From contig OZ059897.1 of NCBI GenBank assembly GCA_964057225.1, forward strand, positions 17,298,001 through 17,362,000: 64,000 nucleotides of DNA, in the 5' to 3' direction. The position numbers and the translations under genes are program-made. This DNA comes from Auanema rhodensis (Eukaryota; Animalia; Nematoda). Of the stretch, positions 25,201-40,591 are shown one piece after another. Positions within the stretch are counted from its first letter, which is position 1; every line of letters begins with the position of its first letter. The notes beneath the pieces were generated by a model. That model did no database searches and was not told the DNA's origin. It saw only the letters and a list, made by a program, of their open reading frames with translations.

Positions 25201-28200
25201 TGAATAAGAATTTGTTTTTAGACTAATATGAACATGGTGAATCTAATTTTGAAAACCGCATCTCTTTATCTTTCACGGGAAGCGAGTTTCATACCAAGTG
25301 CACATCACGTGTACATTTAATTAGCATAAATTGAAGTTCACGTGAATTTCAAAGTCATGGTTACCATGCACCAATATCAATGAAAATTTGGTTTTAGACT
25401 AATATGGATATGGGGAATCTAATTTTGAAAACCGCATCTCTTTATCTTTCACGGGAAGCGAGTTTCATACCAAGTGCACATCACGTGTACATTTAATTAG
25501 CATAAATTGAAGTTCACGTGAATTTCAAAGTCATGGTTACCATGCACCAATATGAATAAGAATTTGTTTTTAGACTAATATGAACATGGTGAATCTAATT
25601 TTGAAAACCGCATCTCTTTATCTTTCACGGGGAGCGAGTTTCATACCAAGTGCACATCACGTGTACATTTAATTAGCATAAATTAAAGTTCACGTAAATT
25701 TCATAGTCATGGTTACCATGCACCAATATCAATGAAAATTTGGTTTTAGACTAATATGGATATGGGGAATCTAATTTTGAAAACCGCATCTCTTTATCTT
25801 TCACGGGAAGCGAGTTACATACCAAGGGCACATCACGTGTACATTTAATTAGCATAAATTGAAGTTCACGTAAATTTCAAAGTCATGGTTACCATGCACC
25901 AATATCAATAAAAATTTGTTTTTAGACTAATATAGACATGGGGAATCTAATTTTGAAAATCGCATCTCTTTATCTTTCACGGGAAGCGAGTTTCATACAA
26001 GTGCACATCACGTGTACATTTAATTAGCATAAATTGAAGTTCACGTGAATTTCAAAGTCATGGTTACCATGCACCAATATGAATAAGAATTTGTTTTTAG
26101 ACTAATGTGGACATGGGGAATCTAATTTTGAAAACCGCATCTCTTTATCTTTCACGGGAAGCGAGATACATACCGAGTGCACATCGCGTGTACATTTAAT
26201 TAGCATAAATTAAAGTTCACGTAAATTTCAAAGTCATGGTTGCCATGCACCAATATCAATAAAAATTTGGTTTTAGACTAATATGGATATGGGGAATCTA
26301 ATTTTGAAAACGGCATCTCTTTATCTTTCACGGGAAGCGAGTTTCATACCAAGTGCACATCACGTGTACATTTAATTAGCATAAATTAAAGTTCACGTAA
26401 ATTTCAAAGTCATAGTTACCATGCACCAATATCAATAAAATATTGTTTTTAGACTAATATAGACATGGGGAATCTAATTTTGAAAATCGCATCTCTTTAT
26501 CTTTCACGGGAAGCGAGTTTCATACAAGTGCACATCACGTGTACATTTAATTAGCATAAATTGAAGTTCACGTGAATTTCAAAGTCATGGTTACCATGCA
26601 CCAATATGAATAAGAATTTGTTTTTAGACTAATGTGGACATGGGGAATCTAATTTTGAAAACCGCATCTCTTTATCTTTCACGGGAAGCGAGTTTCATAC
26701 AAGTGCACATCACGTGTACATTTAATTAGCATAAATTAAAGTTCACGTAAATTTCAAAGTCATGGTTACCATGCATCAATATCAATAAAATATTGTTTTT
26801 AGACTAATATGGACTTGGGGAATCTAATTTTGAAAACCGCATCTCTTTATCTTTCACGGGAAGCGAGTTTCATACCAAGTGCACATCACGTGTACATTTA
26901 ATTAGCATAAATTAAAGTTCACGTAAATTTCAAAATCATGGTTGCCATGCACCAATATCAATAAAAATTTGTTTTCAGACTAATATGGACATGGGGAATC
27001 TAATTTTGAAAACCGCATCTCTTCATCTTTCACGGGAAGCGAGTTACACACCAAGTACACATCACGTGTACATTTAATTAGCATAAATTAAAGTTCACGT
27101 AAATTTCAAAGTCATGGTTACCATGCACCAATATCAATAAAAAATTGTTTTTAGACTAAGATGGACATGGGGAATCTAATTTTGAAAACCGCATCTCTTT
27201 ATCTTTCACGGGAAGCGAGTTACATACCAAGGGCACATCACGTGTACATTTAATTAGCATAAATTGAAGTTCACGTAAATTTCAAAGTCATGGTTACCAT
27301 GCACCAATATCAATAAAAATTTGTTTTTAGACTAATATAGACATGGGGAATCTAATTTTGAAAATCGCATCTCTTTATCTTTCACGGGAAGCGAGTTTCA
27401 TACAAGTGCACATCACGTGTACATTTAATTAGCATAAATTGAAGTTCACGTGAATTTCAAAGTCATGGTTACCATGCACCAATATGAATAAGAATTTGTT
27501 TTTAGACTAATGTGGACATGGGGAATCTAATTTTGAAAACCGCATCTCTTTATCTTTCACGGGAAGCGAGATACATACCGAGTGCACATCGCGTGTACAT
27601 TTAATTAGCATAAATTAAAGTTCACGTAAATTTCAAAGTCATGGTTGCCATGCACCAATATCAATAAAAATTTGGTTTTAGACTAATATGGATATGGGGA
27701 ATCTAATTTTGAAAACGGCATCTCTTTATCTTTCACGGGAAGCGAGTTTCATACCAAGTGCACATCACGTGTACATTTAATTAGCATAAATTGAAGTTCA
27801 CGTGAATTTCAAAGTCATGGTTACCATGCACTAATATCAATGAAAATTTGGTTTTAAACTAATATGGATATGGGGAATCTAATTTTGAAAACCGCATCTC
27901 TTTATCTTTCACGTGAAGCGAGTTACATACCAAGTGCACATCACGTGTACATTTAATTAGCATAAATTGAAGTTCACGTGAATTTCAAAGTCATGGTTAC
28001 CATGCACCAATATCAATAAAAATTTGGTTTTAGACTAATATGGATATGGGGAATCTAATTTTGAAAACGGCATCTCTTTATCTTTCACGGGAAGCGAGTT
28101 TCATACCAAGTGCACATCACGTGTACATTTAATTAGCATAAATTAAAGTTCACGTAAATTTCAAAGTCATAGTTACCATGCACCAATATCAATAAAATAT

Positions 28201-31200
28201 TGTTTTTAGACTAATATGGACTTGGGGAATCTAATTTTGAAAACCGCATCTCTTTATCTTTCACGGGAAGCGAGTTTCATACCAAGTGCACATCACGTGT
28301 ACATTTAATTAGCATAAATTGAAGTTCACGTGAATTTCAAAGTCATGGTTACCATGCACTAATATCAATGAAAATATTGTTTTTAGACTAATATGGACTT
28401 GGGGAATCTAATTTTGAAAACCGCATCTCTTTATCTTTCACGTGAAGCGAGTTACATACCAAGTGCACATCACGTGTACATTTAATTAGCATAAATTGAA
28501 GTTCACGTAAATATCAAAGTCATGGTTACCATGCACCAATATCAATAAAAATTTGTTTTTAGACTAATATGGACATGGGGAATCTAATTTTGAAAACCGC
28601 ATCTCTTTATCTTTCACGGGAAGCGAGTTTCATACCAAGTGCACATCGCGTGTACATTTAATTAGCATAAATTAAAGTTCACGTAAATTTCAAAGTCATG
28701 GTTACCATGCATCAATATCAATGAAAATTTGGTTTTAAACTAATATGGATATGGGGAATCTAATTTTGAAAACCGCATCTCTTTATCTTTCACGTGAATA
28801 CATACCAAGTGCACATCACGTGTACATTTAATTAGCATAAATTGAAGTTCACGTGAATTTCAAAGTCATGGTTACCATGCACCAATATGAATAAGAATTT
28901 GTTTTTAGACTAATGTGGACATGGGGAATCTAATTTTGAAAACCGCATCTCTTTATCTTTCACGGGAAGCGAGTTTCGTACCAAGTGCACATCACGTGTA
29001 CATTTAATTAGCATAAATTGAAGTTCACGTAAATTTAAAATCATGGTTACCATGCACCAATATCAATAAAAATTTGTTTTTAGACTAATATGAACATGGT
29101 GAATCTAATTTTGAAAACCGCATCTCTTTATCTTTCACGGGGAGCGAGTTTCATACCAAGTGCACATCACGTGTACATTTAATTAGCATAAATTAAAGTT
29201 CACGTAAATTTCAAAGTCATGGTTACCATGCACCAATATCAATGAAAATTTGGTTTTACACTAATATGGATATGGGGAATCTAATTTTGAAAACCGCATC
29301 TCTTTATCTTTTACGGGAAGCGAGTTTCATACCAAGTGCACATCAGGTGTACATTTAATTAGCATAAATTAAAGTTCACGTAAATTTCAAAGTCATGGTT
29401 ACCATGCACTAATATCAATGAAAATTTGGTTTTAAACTAATATGGATATGGGGAATCTAATTTTGAAAACCGCATCTCTTTATCTTTCACGTGAAGCGAG
29501 TTACATACCAAGTGCACATCACGTGTACATTTAATTAGCATAAATTGAAGTTCACGTGAATTTCAAAGTCATGGTTACCATGCACCAATATCAGTAAAAA
29601 TTTGTTTTTAGACTAATGTGGACATGGGGAATCTAATTTTGAAAACCGCATCTCTTTATCTTTCACGGGAAGCGAGATACATACCGAGTGCACATCGCGT
29701 GTACATTTAATTAGCATAAATTAAAGTTCACGTAAATTTCAAAGTCATGGTTGCCATGCACCAATATCAGTAAAAATTTGGTTTTAGACTAATATGGATA
29801 TGGGGAATCTAATTTTGAAAACCGCATCTCTTTATCTTTCACGGGAAGCGAGTTACATACCAAGTGCACATCACGTGTACATTTAATTAGCATAAATTGA
29901 AGTTCACGTAAATATCAAAGTCATGGTTACCATGCACCAATATCAATAAAAATTTGTTTTTAGACTAATATGGACATGGGGAATCTAATTTTGAAAACCG
30001 CATCTTTTTATCTTTCACGGGAAGCGAGTTTCATACCAAGTGCACATCGCGTGTACATTTAATTAGCATAAATTAAAGTTCACGTAAATTTCAAAGTCAT
30101 GGTTGCCATGCACCAATATCAGTAAAAATTTGTTTTTAGACTAATGTGGACATGGGGAATCTAATTTTGAAAACCGCATCTCTTTATCTTTCACGGGAAG
30201 CGAGTTTCATACCAAGTGCACATCACGTGTACATTTAATTAGCATAAATTGAAGTTCACGTGAATTTCAAAGTCATGGTTACCATGCACCAATATGAATA
30301 AGAATTTGTTTTTAGACTAATATGAACATGGTGAATCTAATTTTGAAAACCGCATCTCTTTATCTTTCACGGGGAGCGAGTTTCATACCAAGTGCACATC
30401 ACGTGTACATTTAATTAGCATAAATTAAAGTTCACGTAAATTTCAAAGTCATGGTTACCATGCACCAATATCAATGAAAATTTGGTTTTAGACTAATATG
30501 GATATGGGGAATCTAATTTTGAAAACCGCATCTCTTTATCTTTCACGGGAAGCGAGTTTCATACCAAGTGCACATCACGTGTACATTTAATTAGCATAAA
30601 TTAAAGTTCACATAAATTTCAAAGTCATGGTTACCATGCACCAATATCAATAAAATATTGTTTTTAGACTAATATGGACTTGGGAAATCTAATTTTGAAA
30701 ACCGCATCTCTTTATCTTTCACGGGAAGCGAGTTTCATACCAAGTGCACATCACGTGTACATTTAATTAGCATAAATTGAAGTTCACGTGAATTTCAAAG
30801 TCATGGTTACCATGCACCAATATCAATGAAAATTTGGTTTTAGACTAATATGGATATGGGGAATCTAATTTTGAAAACCGCATCTCTTTATCTTTCACGG
30901 GAAGCGAGTTTCATACCAAGTGCACATCACGTGTACATTTAATTAGCATAAATTGAAGTTCACGTGAATTTCAAAGTCATGGTTACCATGCACCAATATG
31001 AATAAGAATTTGTTTTTAGACTAATATGAACATGGTGAATCTAATTTTGAAAACCGCATCTCTTTATCTTTCACGGGGAGCGAGTTTCATACCAAGTGCA
31101 CATCACGTGTACATTTAATTAGCATAAATTAAAGTTCACGTAAATTTCATAGTCATGGTTACCATGCACCAATATCAATGAAAATTTGGTTTTAGACTAA

Positions 31201-31960
31201 TATGGATATGGGGAATCTAATTTTGAAAACCGCATCTCTTTATCTTTCACGGGAAGCGAGTTTCATACCAAGTGCACATCACGTGTACATTTAATTAGCA
31301 TAAATTGAAGTTCACGTGAATTTCAAAGTCATGGTTACCATGCACCAATATGAATAAGAATTTGTTTTTAGACTAATATGAACATGGTGAATCTAATTTT
31401 GAAAACCGCATCTCTTTATCTTTCACGGGAAGCGAGTTTCATACCAAGTGCACATCACGTGTACATTTAATTAGCATAAATTGAAGTTCACGTGAATTTC
31501 AAAGTCATGGTTACCATGCACCAATATCAATGAAAATTTGGTTTTAGACTAATATGGATATGGGGAATCTAATTTTGAAAACCGCATCTCTTTATCTTTC
31601 ACGGGAAGCGAGTTTCATACCAAGTGCACATCACGTGTACATTTAATTAGCATAAATTGAAGTTCACGTGAATTTCAAAGTCATGGTTACCATGCACCAA
31701 TATGAATAAGAATTTGTTTTTAGACTAATATGAACATGGTGAATCTAATTTTGAAAACCGCATCTCTTTATCTTTCACGGGGAGCGAGTTTCATACCAAG
31801 TGCACATCACGTGTACATTTAATTAGCATAAATTAAAGTTCACGTAAATTTCATAGTCATGGTTACCATGCACCAATATCAATGAAAATTTGGTTTTAGA
31901 CTAATATGGATATGGGGAATCTAATTTTGAAAACCGCATCTCTTTATCTTTCACGGGAAG
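19270..31960. repeat. ~6.5-kb (37-monomer) tandem duplication; second copy is two monomers shorter
   Basis: Offset 6501 (AGTTACACAC 20541/27042), then 6326 (6-bp deletion 22472/28798; TGCACATCAGG 23011/29337), then 6150 (CATAAATTTC 24461/30611; TCATAGTC 25701/31851). Junction at about 25762-25817. Confidence 0.92.
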
Positions 31961-34900
31961 CGAGTTTCATACCAAGTGCACATCACGTGTACATTTAATT
32001 AGCATAAATTGAAGTTCACGTGAATTTCAAAGTCATGGTTACCATGCACCAATATGAATAAGAATTTGTTTTTAGACTAATATGAACATGGTGAATCTAA
32101 TTTTGAAAACCGCATCTCTTTATCTTTCACGGGGAGCGAGTTTCATACCAAGTGCACATCACGTGTACATTTAATTAGCATAAATTAAAGTTCACGTAAA
32201 TTTCAAAGTCATGGTTACCATGCACCAATATCAATGAAAATTTGGTTTTAGACTAATATGGATATGGGGAATCTAATTTTGAAAACCGCATCTCTTTATC
32301 TTTCACGGGAAGCGAGTTTCATACCAAGTGCACATCACGTGTACATTTAATTAGCATAAATTAAAGTTCACGTAAATTTCAAAGTCATGGTTACCATGCA
32401 CCAATATCAATAAAATATTGTTTTTAGACTAATATGGACTTGGGGAATCTAATTTTGAAAACCGCATCTCTTTATCTTTCACGGGAAGCGAGTTTCATAC
32501 CAAGTGCACATCACGTGTACATTTAATTAGCATAAATTGAAGTTCACGTGAATTTCAAAGTCATGGTTACCATGCACTAATATCAATGAAAATTTGGTTT
32601 TAAACTAATATGGATATGGGGAATCTAATATTGAAAACCGCATCTCTTTATCTTTCACGTGAAGCGAGTTACATACCAAGTGCACATCACGTGTACATTT
32701 AATTAGCATAAATTGAAGTTCACGTGAATTTCAAAGTCATGGTTACCATGCACCAATATCAGTAAAAATTTGTTTTTAGACTAATGTGGACATGGGGAAT
32801 CTAATTTTGAAAACCGCATCTCTTTATCTTTCACGGGAAGCGAGATACATACCGAGTGCACATCGCGTGTACATTTAATTAGCATAAATTAAAGTTCACG
32901 TAAATTTCAAAGTCATGGTTGCCATGCACCAATATCAGTAAAAATTTGGTTTTAGACTAATATGGATATGGGGAATCTAATTTTGAAAACCGCATCTCTT
33001 TATCTTTCACGGGAAGCGAGTTTCATACCAAGTGCACATCACGTGTACATTTAATTAGCATAAATTAAAGTTCACGTAAATTTCAAAGTCATGGTTACCA
33101 TTCACCAATATCAATAAAATATTGTTTTTAGACTAATATGGACTTGGGGAATCTAATTTTGAAAACCGCATCTCTTTATCTTTCACGTGAAGCGAGTTAC
33201 ATACCAAGTGCACATCACGTGTACATTTAATTAGCATAAATTGAAGTTCACGTAAATATCAAAGTCATGGTTACCATGCACCAATATCAATAAAAATTTG
33301 TTTTTAGACTAATATGGACATGGGGAATCTAATTTTGAAAACCGCATCTCTTTATCTTTCACGGGAAGCGAGTTTCATACCAAGTGCACATCGCGTGTAC
33401 ATTTAATTAGCATAAATTAAAGTTCACGTAAATTTCAAAGTCATAGTTACCATGCACCAATATGAATAAGAATTTGTTTTTAGACTAATATGAACATGGT
33501 GAATCTAATTTTGAAAACCGCATCTCTTTATCTTTCACGGGGAGCGAGTTTCATACCAAGTGCACATCACGTGTACATTTAATTAGCATAAATTGAAGTT
33601 CACGTGAATTTCAAAGTCATGGTTACCATGCACCAATATGAATAAGAATTTGTTTTTAGACTAATGTGGACATGGGGAATCTAATTTTGAAAACCGCATC
33701 TCTTTATCTTTCACGGGAAGCGAGTTTCATACCAAGTGCACATCACGTGTACATTTAATTAGCATAAATTGAAGTTCACGTAAATTTAAAATCATGGTTA
33801 CCATGCACCAATATCAATAAAAATTTGTTTTTAGACTAATATGGATATGGGGAATCTAATTTTGAAAACCGCATCTCTTTATCTTTCACGGGAAGCGAGT
33901 TTCATACCAAGTGCACATCACGTGTACATTTAATTAGCATAAATTAAAGTTCACGTAAATTTCAAAGTCATGGTTACCATGCACCAATATCAATAAAATA
34001 TTGTTTTTAGACTAATATGGACTTGGGGAATCTAATTTTGAAAACCGCATCTCTTTATCTTTCACGGGAAGCGAGATACATACCGAGTGCACATCGCGTG
34101 TACATTTAATTAGCATAAATTAAAGTTCACGTAAATTTCAAAGTCATGGTTGCCATGCACCAATATCAGTAAAAATTTGGTTTTAGACTAATATGGATAT
34201 GGGGAATCTAATTTTGAAAACCGCATCTCTTTATCTTTCACGGGAAGCGAGATACATACCGAGTGCACATCGCGTGTACATTTAATTAGCATAAATTGAA
34301 GTTCACGTGAATTTCAAAGTCATGGTTACCATGCATCAATATGAATAAGAATTTGTTTTTAGACTAATGTGGACATGGGGAATCTAATTTTGAAAACCGC
34401 ATCTCTTTATCTTTCACGTGAAGCGAGTTACATACCAAGTGCACATCACGTGTACATTTAATTAGCATAAATTGAAGTTCACGTAAATATCAAAGTCATG
34501 GTTACCATGCACCAATATCAATAAAAATTTGTTTTTAGACTAATATGGACATGGGGAATCTAATTTTGAAAACCGCATCTCTTTATCTTTCACGGGAAGC
34601 GAGTTTCATACCAAGTGCACATCGCGTGTACATTTAATTAGCATAAATTAAAGTTCACGTAAATTTCAAAGTCATGGTTACCATGCATCAATATCAATGC
34701 AAATTTGGTTTTAAACTAATATGGATATGGGGAATCTAATTTTGAAAACCGCATCTCTTTATCTTTCACGTGAAGCGAGTTACATACCAAGTGCACATCA
34801 CGTGTACATTTAATTAGCATAAATTGAAGTTCACGTAAATTTAAAATCATGGTTACCATGCACCAATATGAATAAGAATTTGTTTTTAGACTAATGTGGA

Positions 34901-37900
34901 CATGGGGAATCTAATTTTGAAAACCGCATCTCTTTATCTTTCACGGGAAGCGAGTTTCATACCAAGTGCACATCACGTGTACATTTAATTAGCATAAATT
35001 GAAGTTCACGTAAATTTAAAATCATGGTTACCATGCACCAATATCAATAAAAATTTGTTTTTAGACTAATATGAACATGGTGAATCTAATTTTGAAAACC
35101 GCATCTCTTTATCTTTCACGGGGAGCGAGTTTCATACCAAGTGCACATCACGTGTACATTTAATTAGCATAAATTAAAGTTCACGTAAATTTCAAAGTCA
35201 TGGTTACCATGCACCAATATCAATGAAAATTTGGTTTTAGACTAATATGGATATGGGGAATCTAATTTTGAAAACCGCATCTCTTTATCTTTCACGGGAA
35301 GCGAGTTTCATACCAAGTGCACATCACGTGTACATTTAATTAGCATAAATTGAAGTTCACGTGAATTTCAAAGTCATGGTTACCATGCACCAATATGAAT
35401 AAGAATTTGTTTTTAGACTAATATGAACATGGTGAATCTAATTTTGAAAACCGCATCTCTTTATCTTTCACGGGGAGCGAGTTTCATACCAAGTGCACAT
35501 CACGTGTACATTTAATTAGCATAAATTAAAGTTCACGTAAATTTCAAAGTCATGGTTACCATGCACCAATATCAATGAAAATTTGGTTTTAAACTAATAT
35601 GGATATGGGGAATCTAATTTTGAAAACCGCATCTCTTTATCTTTCACGTGAAGCGAGTTACATACCAAGTGCACATCACGTGTACATTTAATTAGCATAA
35701 ATTGAAGTTCACGTGAATTTCAAAGTCATGGTTACCATGCACCAATATGAATAAGAATTTGTTTTTAGACTAATGTGGACATGGGGAATCTAATTTTGAA
35801 AACCGCATCTCTTTATCTTTCACGGGAAGCGAGTTTCATACCAAGTGCACATCACGTGTACATTTAATTAGCATAAATTGAAGTTCACGTAAATTTAAAA
35901 TCATGGTTACCATGCACCAATATCAATAAAAATTTGTTTTTAGACTAATATGAACATGGTGAATCTAATTTTGAAAACCGCATCTCTTTATCTTTCACGG
36001 GGAGCGAGTTTCATACCAAGTGCACATCACGTGTACATTTAATTAGCATAAATTAAAGTTCACGTAAATTTCAAAGTCATGGTTACCATGTACCAATATC
36101 AATGAAAATTTGGTTTTAGACTAATATGGATATGGGGAATCTAATTTTGAAAACCGCATCTCTTTATCTTTCACGGGAAGCGAGTTTCATACCAAGTGCA
36201 CATCACGTGTACATTTAATTAGCATAAATTGAAGTTCACGTGAATTTCAAAGTCATGGTTACCATGCACCAATATGAATAAGAATTTGTTTTTAGACTAA
36301 TATGAACATGGTGAATCTAATTTTGAAAACCGCATCTCTTTATCTTTCACGGGGAGCGAGTTTCATACCAAGTGCACATCACGTGTACATTTAATTAGCA
36401 TAAATTAAAGTTCACGTAAATTTCAAAGTCATGGTTACCATGCACCAATATCAATGAAAATTTGGTTTTAGACTAATATGGATATGGGGAATCTAATTTG
36501 GAAAACCGCATCTCTTTATCTTTCACGGGAAGCGAGTTTCATACCAAGTGCACATCACGTGTACATTTAATTAGCATAAATTGAAGTTCACGTGAATTTC
36601 AAAGTCATGGTTACCATGCACCAATATGAATAAGAATTTGGTTTTAGACTAATATGGATATGGGAAATCTAATTTTGAAAACCGCATCTCTTTATCTTTC
36701 ACGTGAAGCGAGTTACATACCAAGTGCACATCACGTGTACATTTAATTAGCATAAATTGAAGTTCACGTGAATTTCAAAGTCATGGTTACCATGCACCAA
36801 TATGAATAAGAATTTGTTTTTAGACTAATGTGGACATGGGGAATCTAATTTTGAAAACCGCATCTCTTTATCTTTCACGGGAAGCGAGTTTCATACCAAG
36901 TGCACATCACGTGTACATTTAATTAGCATAAATTGAAGTTCACGTAAATTTAAAATCATGGTTACCATGCACCAATATCAATAAAAATTTGTTTTTAGAC
37001 TAATATGAACATGGTGAATCTAATTTTGAAAACCGCATCTCTTTATCTTTCACGGGGAGCGAGTTTCATACCAAGTGCACATCACGTGTACATTTAATTA
37101 GCATAAATTAAAGTTCACGTAAATTTCAAAGTCATGGTTACCATGCACCAATATCAATGAAAATTTGGTTTTCGACTAATATGGATATGGGGAATCTAAT
37201 TTTGAAAACCGCATCTCTTTATCTTTCACGGGAAGCGAGTTTCATACCAAGTGCACATCACGTGTACATTTAATTAGCATAAATTGAAGTTCACGTGAAT
37301 TTCAAAGTCATGGTTACCATGCACCAATATGAATAAGAATTTGTTTTTAGACTAATATGAACATGGTGAATCTAATTTTGAAAACCGCATCTCTTTATCT
37401 TTCACGGGGAGCGAGTTTCATACCAAGTGCACATCACGTGTACATTTAATTAGCATAAATTAAAGTTCACGTAAATTTCAAAGTCATGGTTACCATGCAC
37501 CAATATCAATGAAAATTTGGTTTTAGACTAATATGGATATGGGGAATCTAATTTTGAAAACCGCATCTCTTTATCTTTCACGGGAAGCGAGTTTCATACC
37601 AAGTGCACATCACGTGTACATTTAATTAGCATAAATTGAAGTTCACGTGAATTTCAAAGTCATGGTTACCATGCACCAATATGAATAAGAATTTGTTTTT
37701 AGACTAATATGAACATGGTGAATCTAATTTTGAAAACCGCATCTCTTTATCTTTCACGGGGAGCGAGTTTCATACCAAGTGCACATCACGTGTACATTTA
37801 ATTAGCATAAATTAAAGTTCACGTAAATTTCAAAGTCATGGTTACCATGCACCAATATCAATGAAAATTTGGTTTTAGACTAATATGGATATGGGGAATC

Positions 37901-38483
37901 TAATTTTGAAAACCGCATCTCTTTATCTTTCACGGGAAGCGAGTTTCATACCAAGTGCACATCACGTGTACATTTAATTAGCATAAATTAAAGTTCACGT
38001 AAATTTCAAAGTCATGGTTACCATGAACCAATATCAATAAAATATTGTTTTTAGACTAATATGGACTTGGGGAATCTAATTTTGAAAACCGCATCTCTTT
38101 ATCTTTCACGGGGAGCGAGTTTCATACCAAGTGCACATCACGTGTACATTTAATTAGCATAAATTGAAGTTCACGTGAATTTCAAAGTCATGGTTACCAT
38201 GCACTAATATCAATGAAAATTTGGTTTTAAACTAATATGGATATGGGGAATCTAATTTTGAAAACCGCATCTCTTTATCTTTCACGTGAAGCGAGTTACA
38301 TACCAAGTGCACATCACGTGTACATTTAATTAGCATAAATTGAAGTTCACGTGAATTTCAAAGTCATGGTTACCATGCACCAATATGAATAAGAATTTGT
38401 TTTTAGACTAATATGAACATGGTGAATCTAATTTTGAAAACCGCATCTCTTTATCTTTCACGGGGAGCGAGTTTCATACCAAG

Positions 38484-40591
38484 TGCACATCACGTGTACA
38501 TTTAATTAGCAAAAATTGAAGTTCACGTAAATTTAAAATCATGGTTACCATGCACCAATATCAATAAAAATTTGTTTTTAGACTAATATGAACATGGTGA
38601 ATCTAATTTTGAAAACCGCATCTCTTTATCTTTCACGGGGAGCGAGTTTCATACCAAGTGCACATCACGTGTACATTTAATTAGCATAAATTAAAGTTCA
38701 CGTAAATTTCAAAGTCATGGTTACCATGCACCAATATCAATGAAAATTTGGTTTTAGACTAATATGGATATGGGGAATCTAATTTTGAAAACCGCATCTC
38801 TTTATCTTTCACGGGAAGCGAGTTTCATACCAAGTGCACATCACGTGTACATTTAATTAGCATAAATTAAAGTTCACGTAAATTTCAAAGTCATGGTTAC
38901 CATGCACCAATATCAATGAAAATTTGGTTTTAGACTAATATGGATATGGGGAATCTAATTTTGAAAACCGCATCTCTTTATCTTTCACGGGGAGCGAGTT
39001 TCATACCAAGTGCACATCACGTGTACATTTAATTAGCATAAATTAAAGTTCACGTAAATTTCAAAGTCATGGTTACCATGCACCAATATCAATGAAAATT
39101 TGGTTTTAAACTAATATGGATATGGGGAATCTAATTTTGAAAACCGCATCTCTTTATCTTTCACGTGAAGCGAGTTACATACCAAGTGCACATCACGTGT
39201 ACATTTAATTAGCATAAATTGAAGTTCACGTGAATTTCAAAGTCATGGTTACCATGCACCAATATGAATAAGAATTTGTTTTTAGACTAATGTGGACATG
39301 GGGAATCTAATTTTGAAAACCGCATCTCTTTATCTTTCACGGGAAGCGAGTTTCATACCAAGTGCACATCACGTGTACATTTAATTAGCATAAATTGAAG
39401 TTCACGTAAATTTAAAATCATGGTTACCATGCACCAATATCAATAAAAATTTGTTTTTAGACTAATATGAACATGGTGAATCTAATTTTGAAAACCGCAT
39501 CTCTTTATCTTTCACGGGGAGCGAGTTTCATACCAAGTGCACATCACGTGTACATTTAATTAGCATAAATTGAAGTTCACGTAAATTTAAAATCATGGTT
39601 ACCATGCACCAATATCAATAAAAATTTGTTTTTAGACTAATATGAACATGGTGAATCTAATTTTGAAAACCGCATCTCTTTATCTTTCACGGGGAGCGAG
39701 TTTCATACCAAGTGCACATCACGTGTACATTTAATTAGCATAAATTAAAGTTCACGTAAATTTCAAAGTCATGGTTACCATGCACCAATATCAATGAAAA
39801 TTTGGTTTTAGACTAATATGGATATGGGGAATCTAATTTTGAAAACCGCATCTCTTTATCTTTCACGGGAAGCGAGTTTCATACCAAGTGCACATCACGT
39901 GTACATTTAATTAGCATAAATTAAAGTTCACGTAAATTTCAAAGTCATGGTTACCATGCACCAATATCAATGAAAATTTGGTTTTAGACTAATATGGATA
40001 TGGGGAATCTAATTTTGAAAACCGCATCTCTTTATCTTTCACGGGGAGCGAGTTTCATACCAAGTGCACATCACGTGTACATTTAATTAGCATAAATTAA
40101 AGTTCACGTAAATTTCAAAGTCATGGTTACCATGCACCAATATCAATGAAAATTTGGTTTTAAACTAATATGGATATGGGGAATCTAATTTTGAAAACCG
40201 CATCTCTTTATCTTTCACGTGAAGCGAGTTACATACCAAGTGCACATCACGTGTACATTTAATTAGCATAAATTGAAGTTCACGTGAATTTCAAAGTCAT
40301 GGTTACCATGCACCAATATGAATAAGAATTTGTTTTTAGACTAATGTGGACATGGGGAATCTAATTTTGAAAACCGCATCTCTTTATCTTTCACGGGAAG
40401 CGAGTTTCATACCAAGTGCACATCACGTGTACATTTAATTAGCATAAATTGAAGTTCACGTAAATTTAAAATCATGGTTACCATGCACCAATATCAATAA
40501 AAATTTGTTTTTAGACTAATATGAACATGGTGAATCTAATTTTGAAAACCGCATCTCTTTATCTTTCACGGGGAGCGAGTTTCATACCAAG
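38484..40591. repeat. 6-monomer (1054-bp) tandem duplication
   Basis: The monomer-type order starting at 38484 repeats from 39538; each unit holds two 175-bp monomers. Confidence 0.8.
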
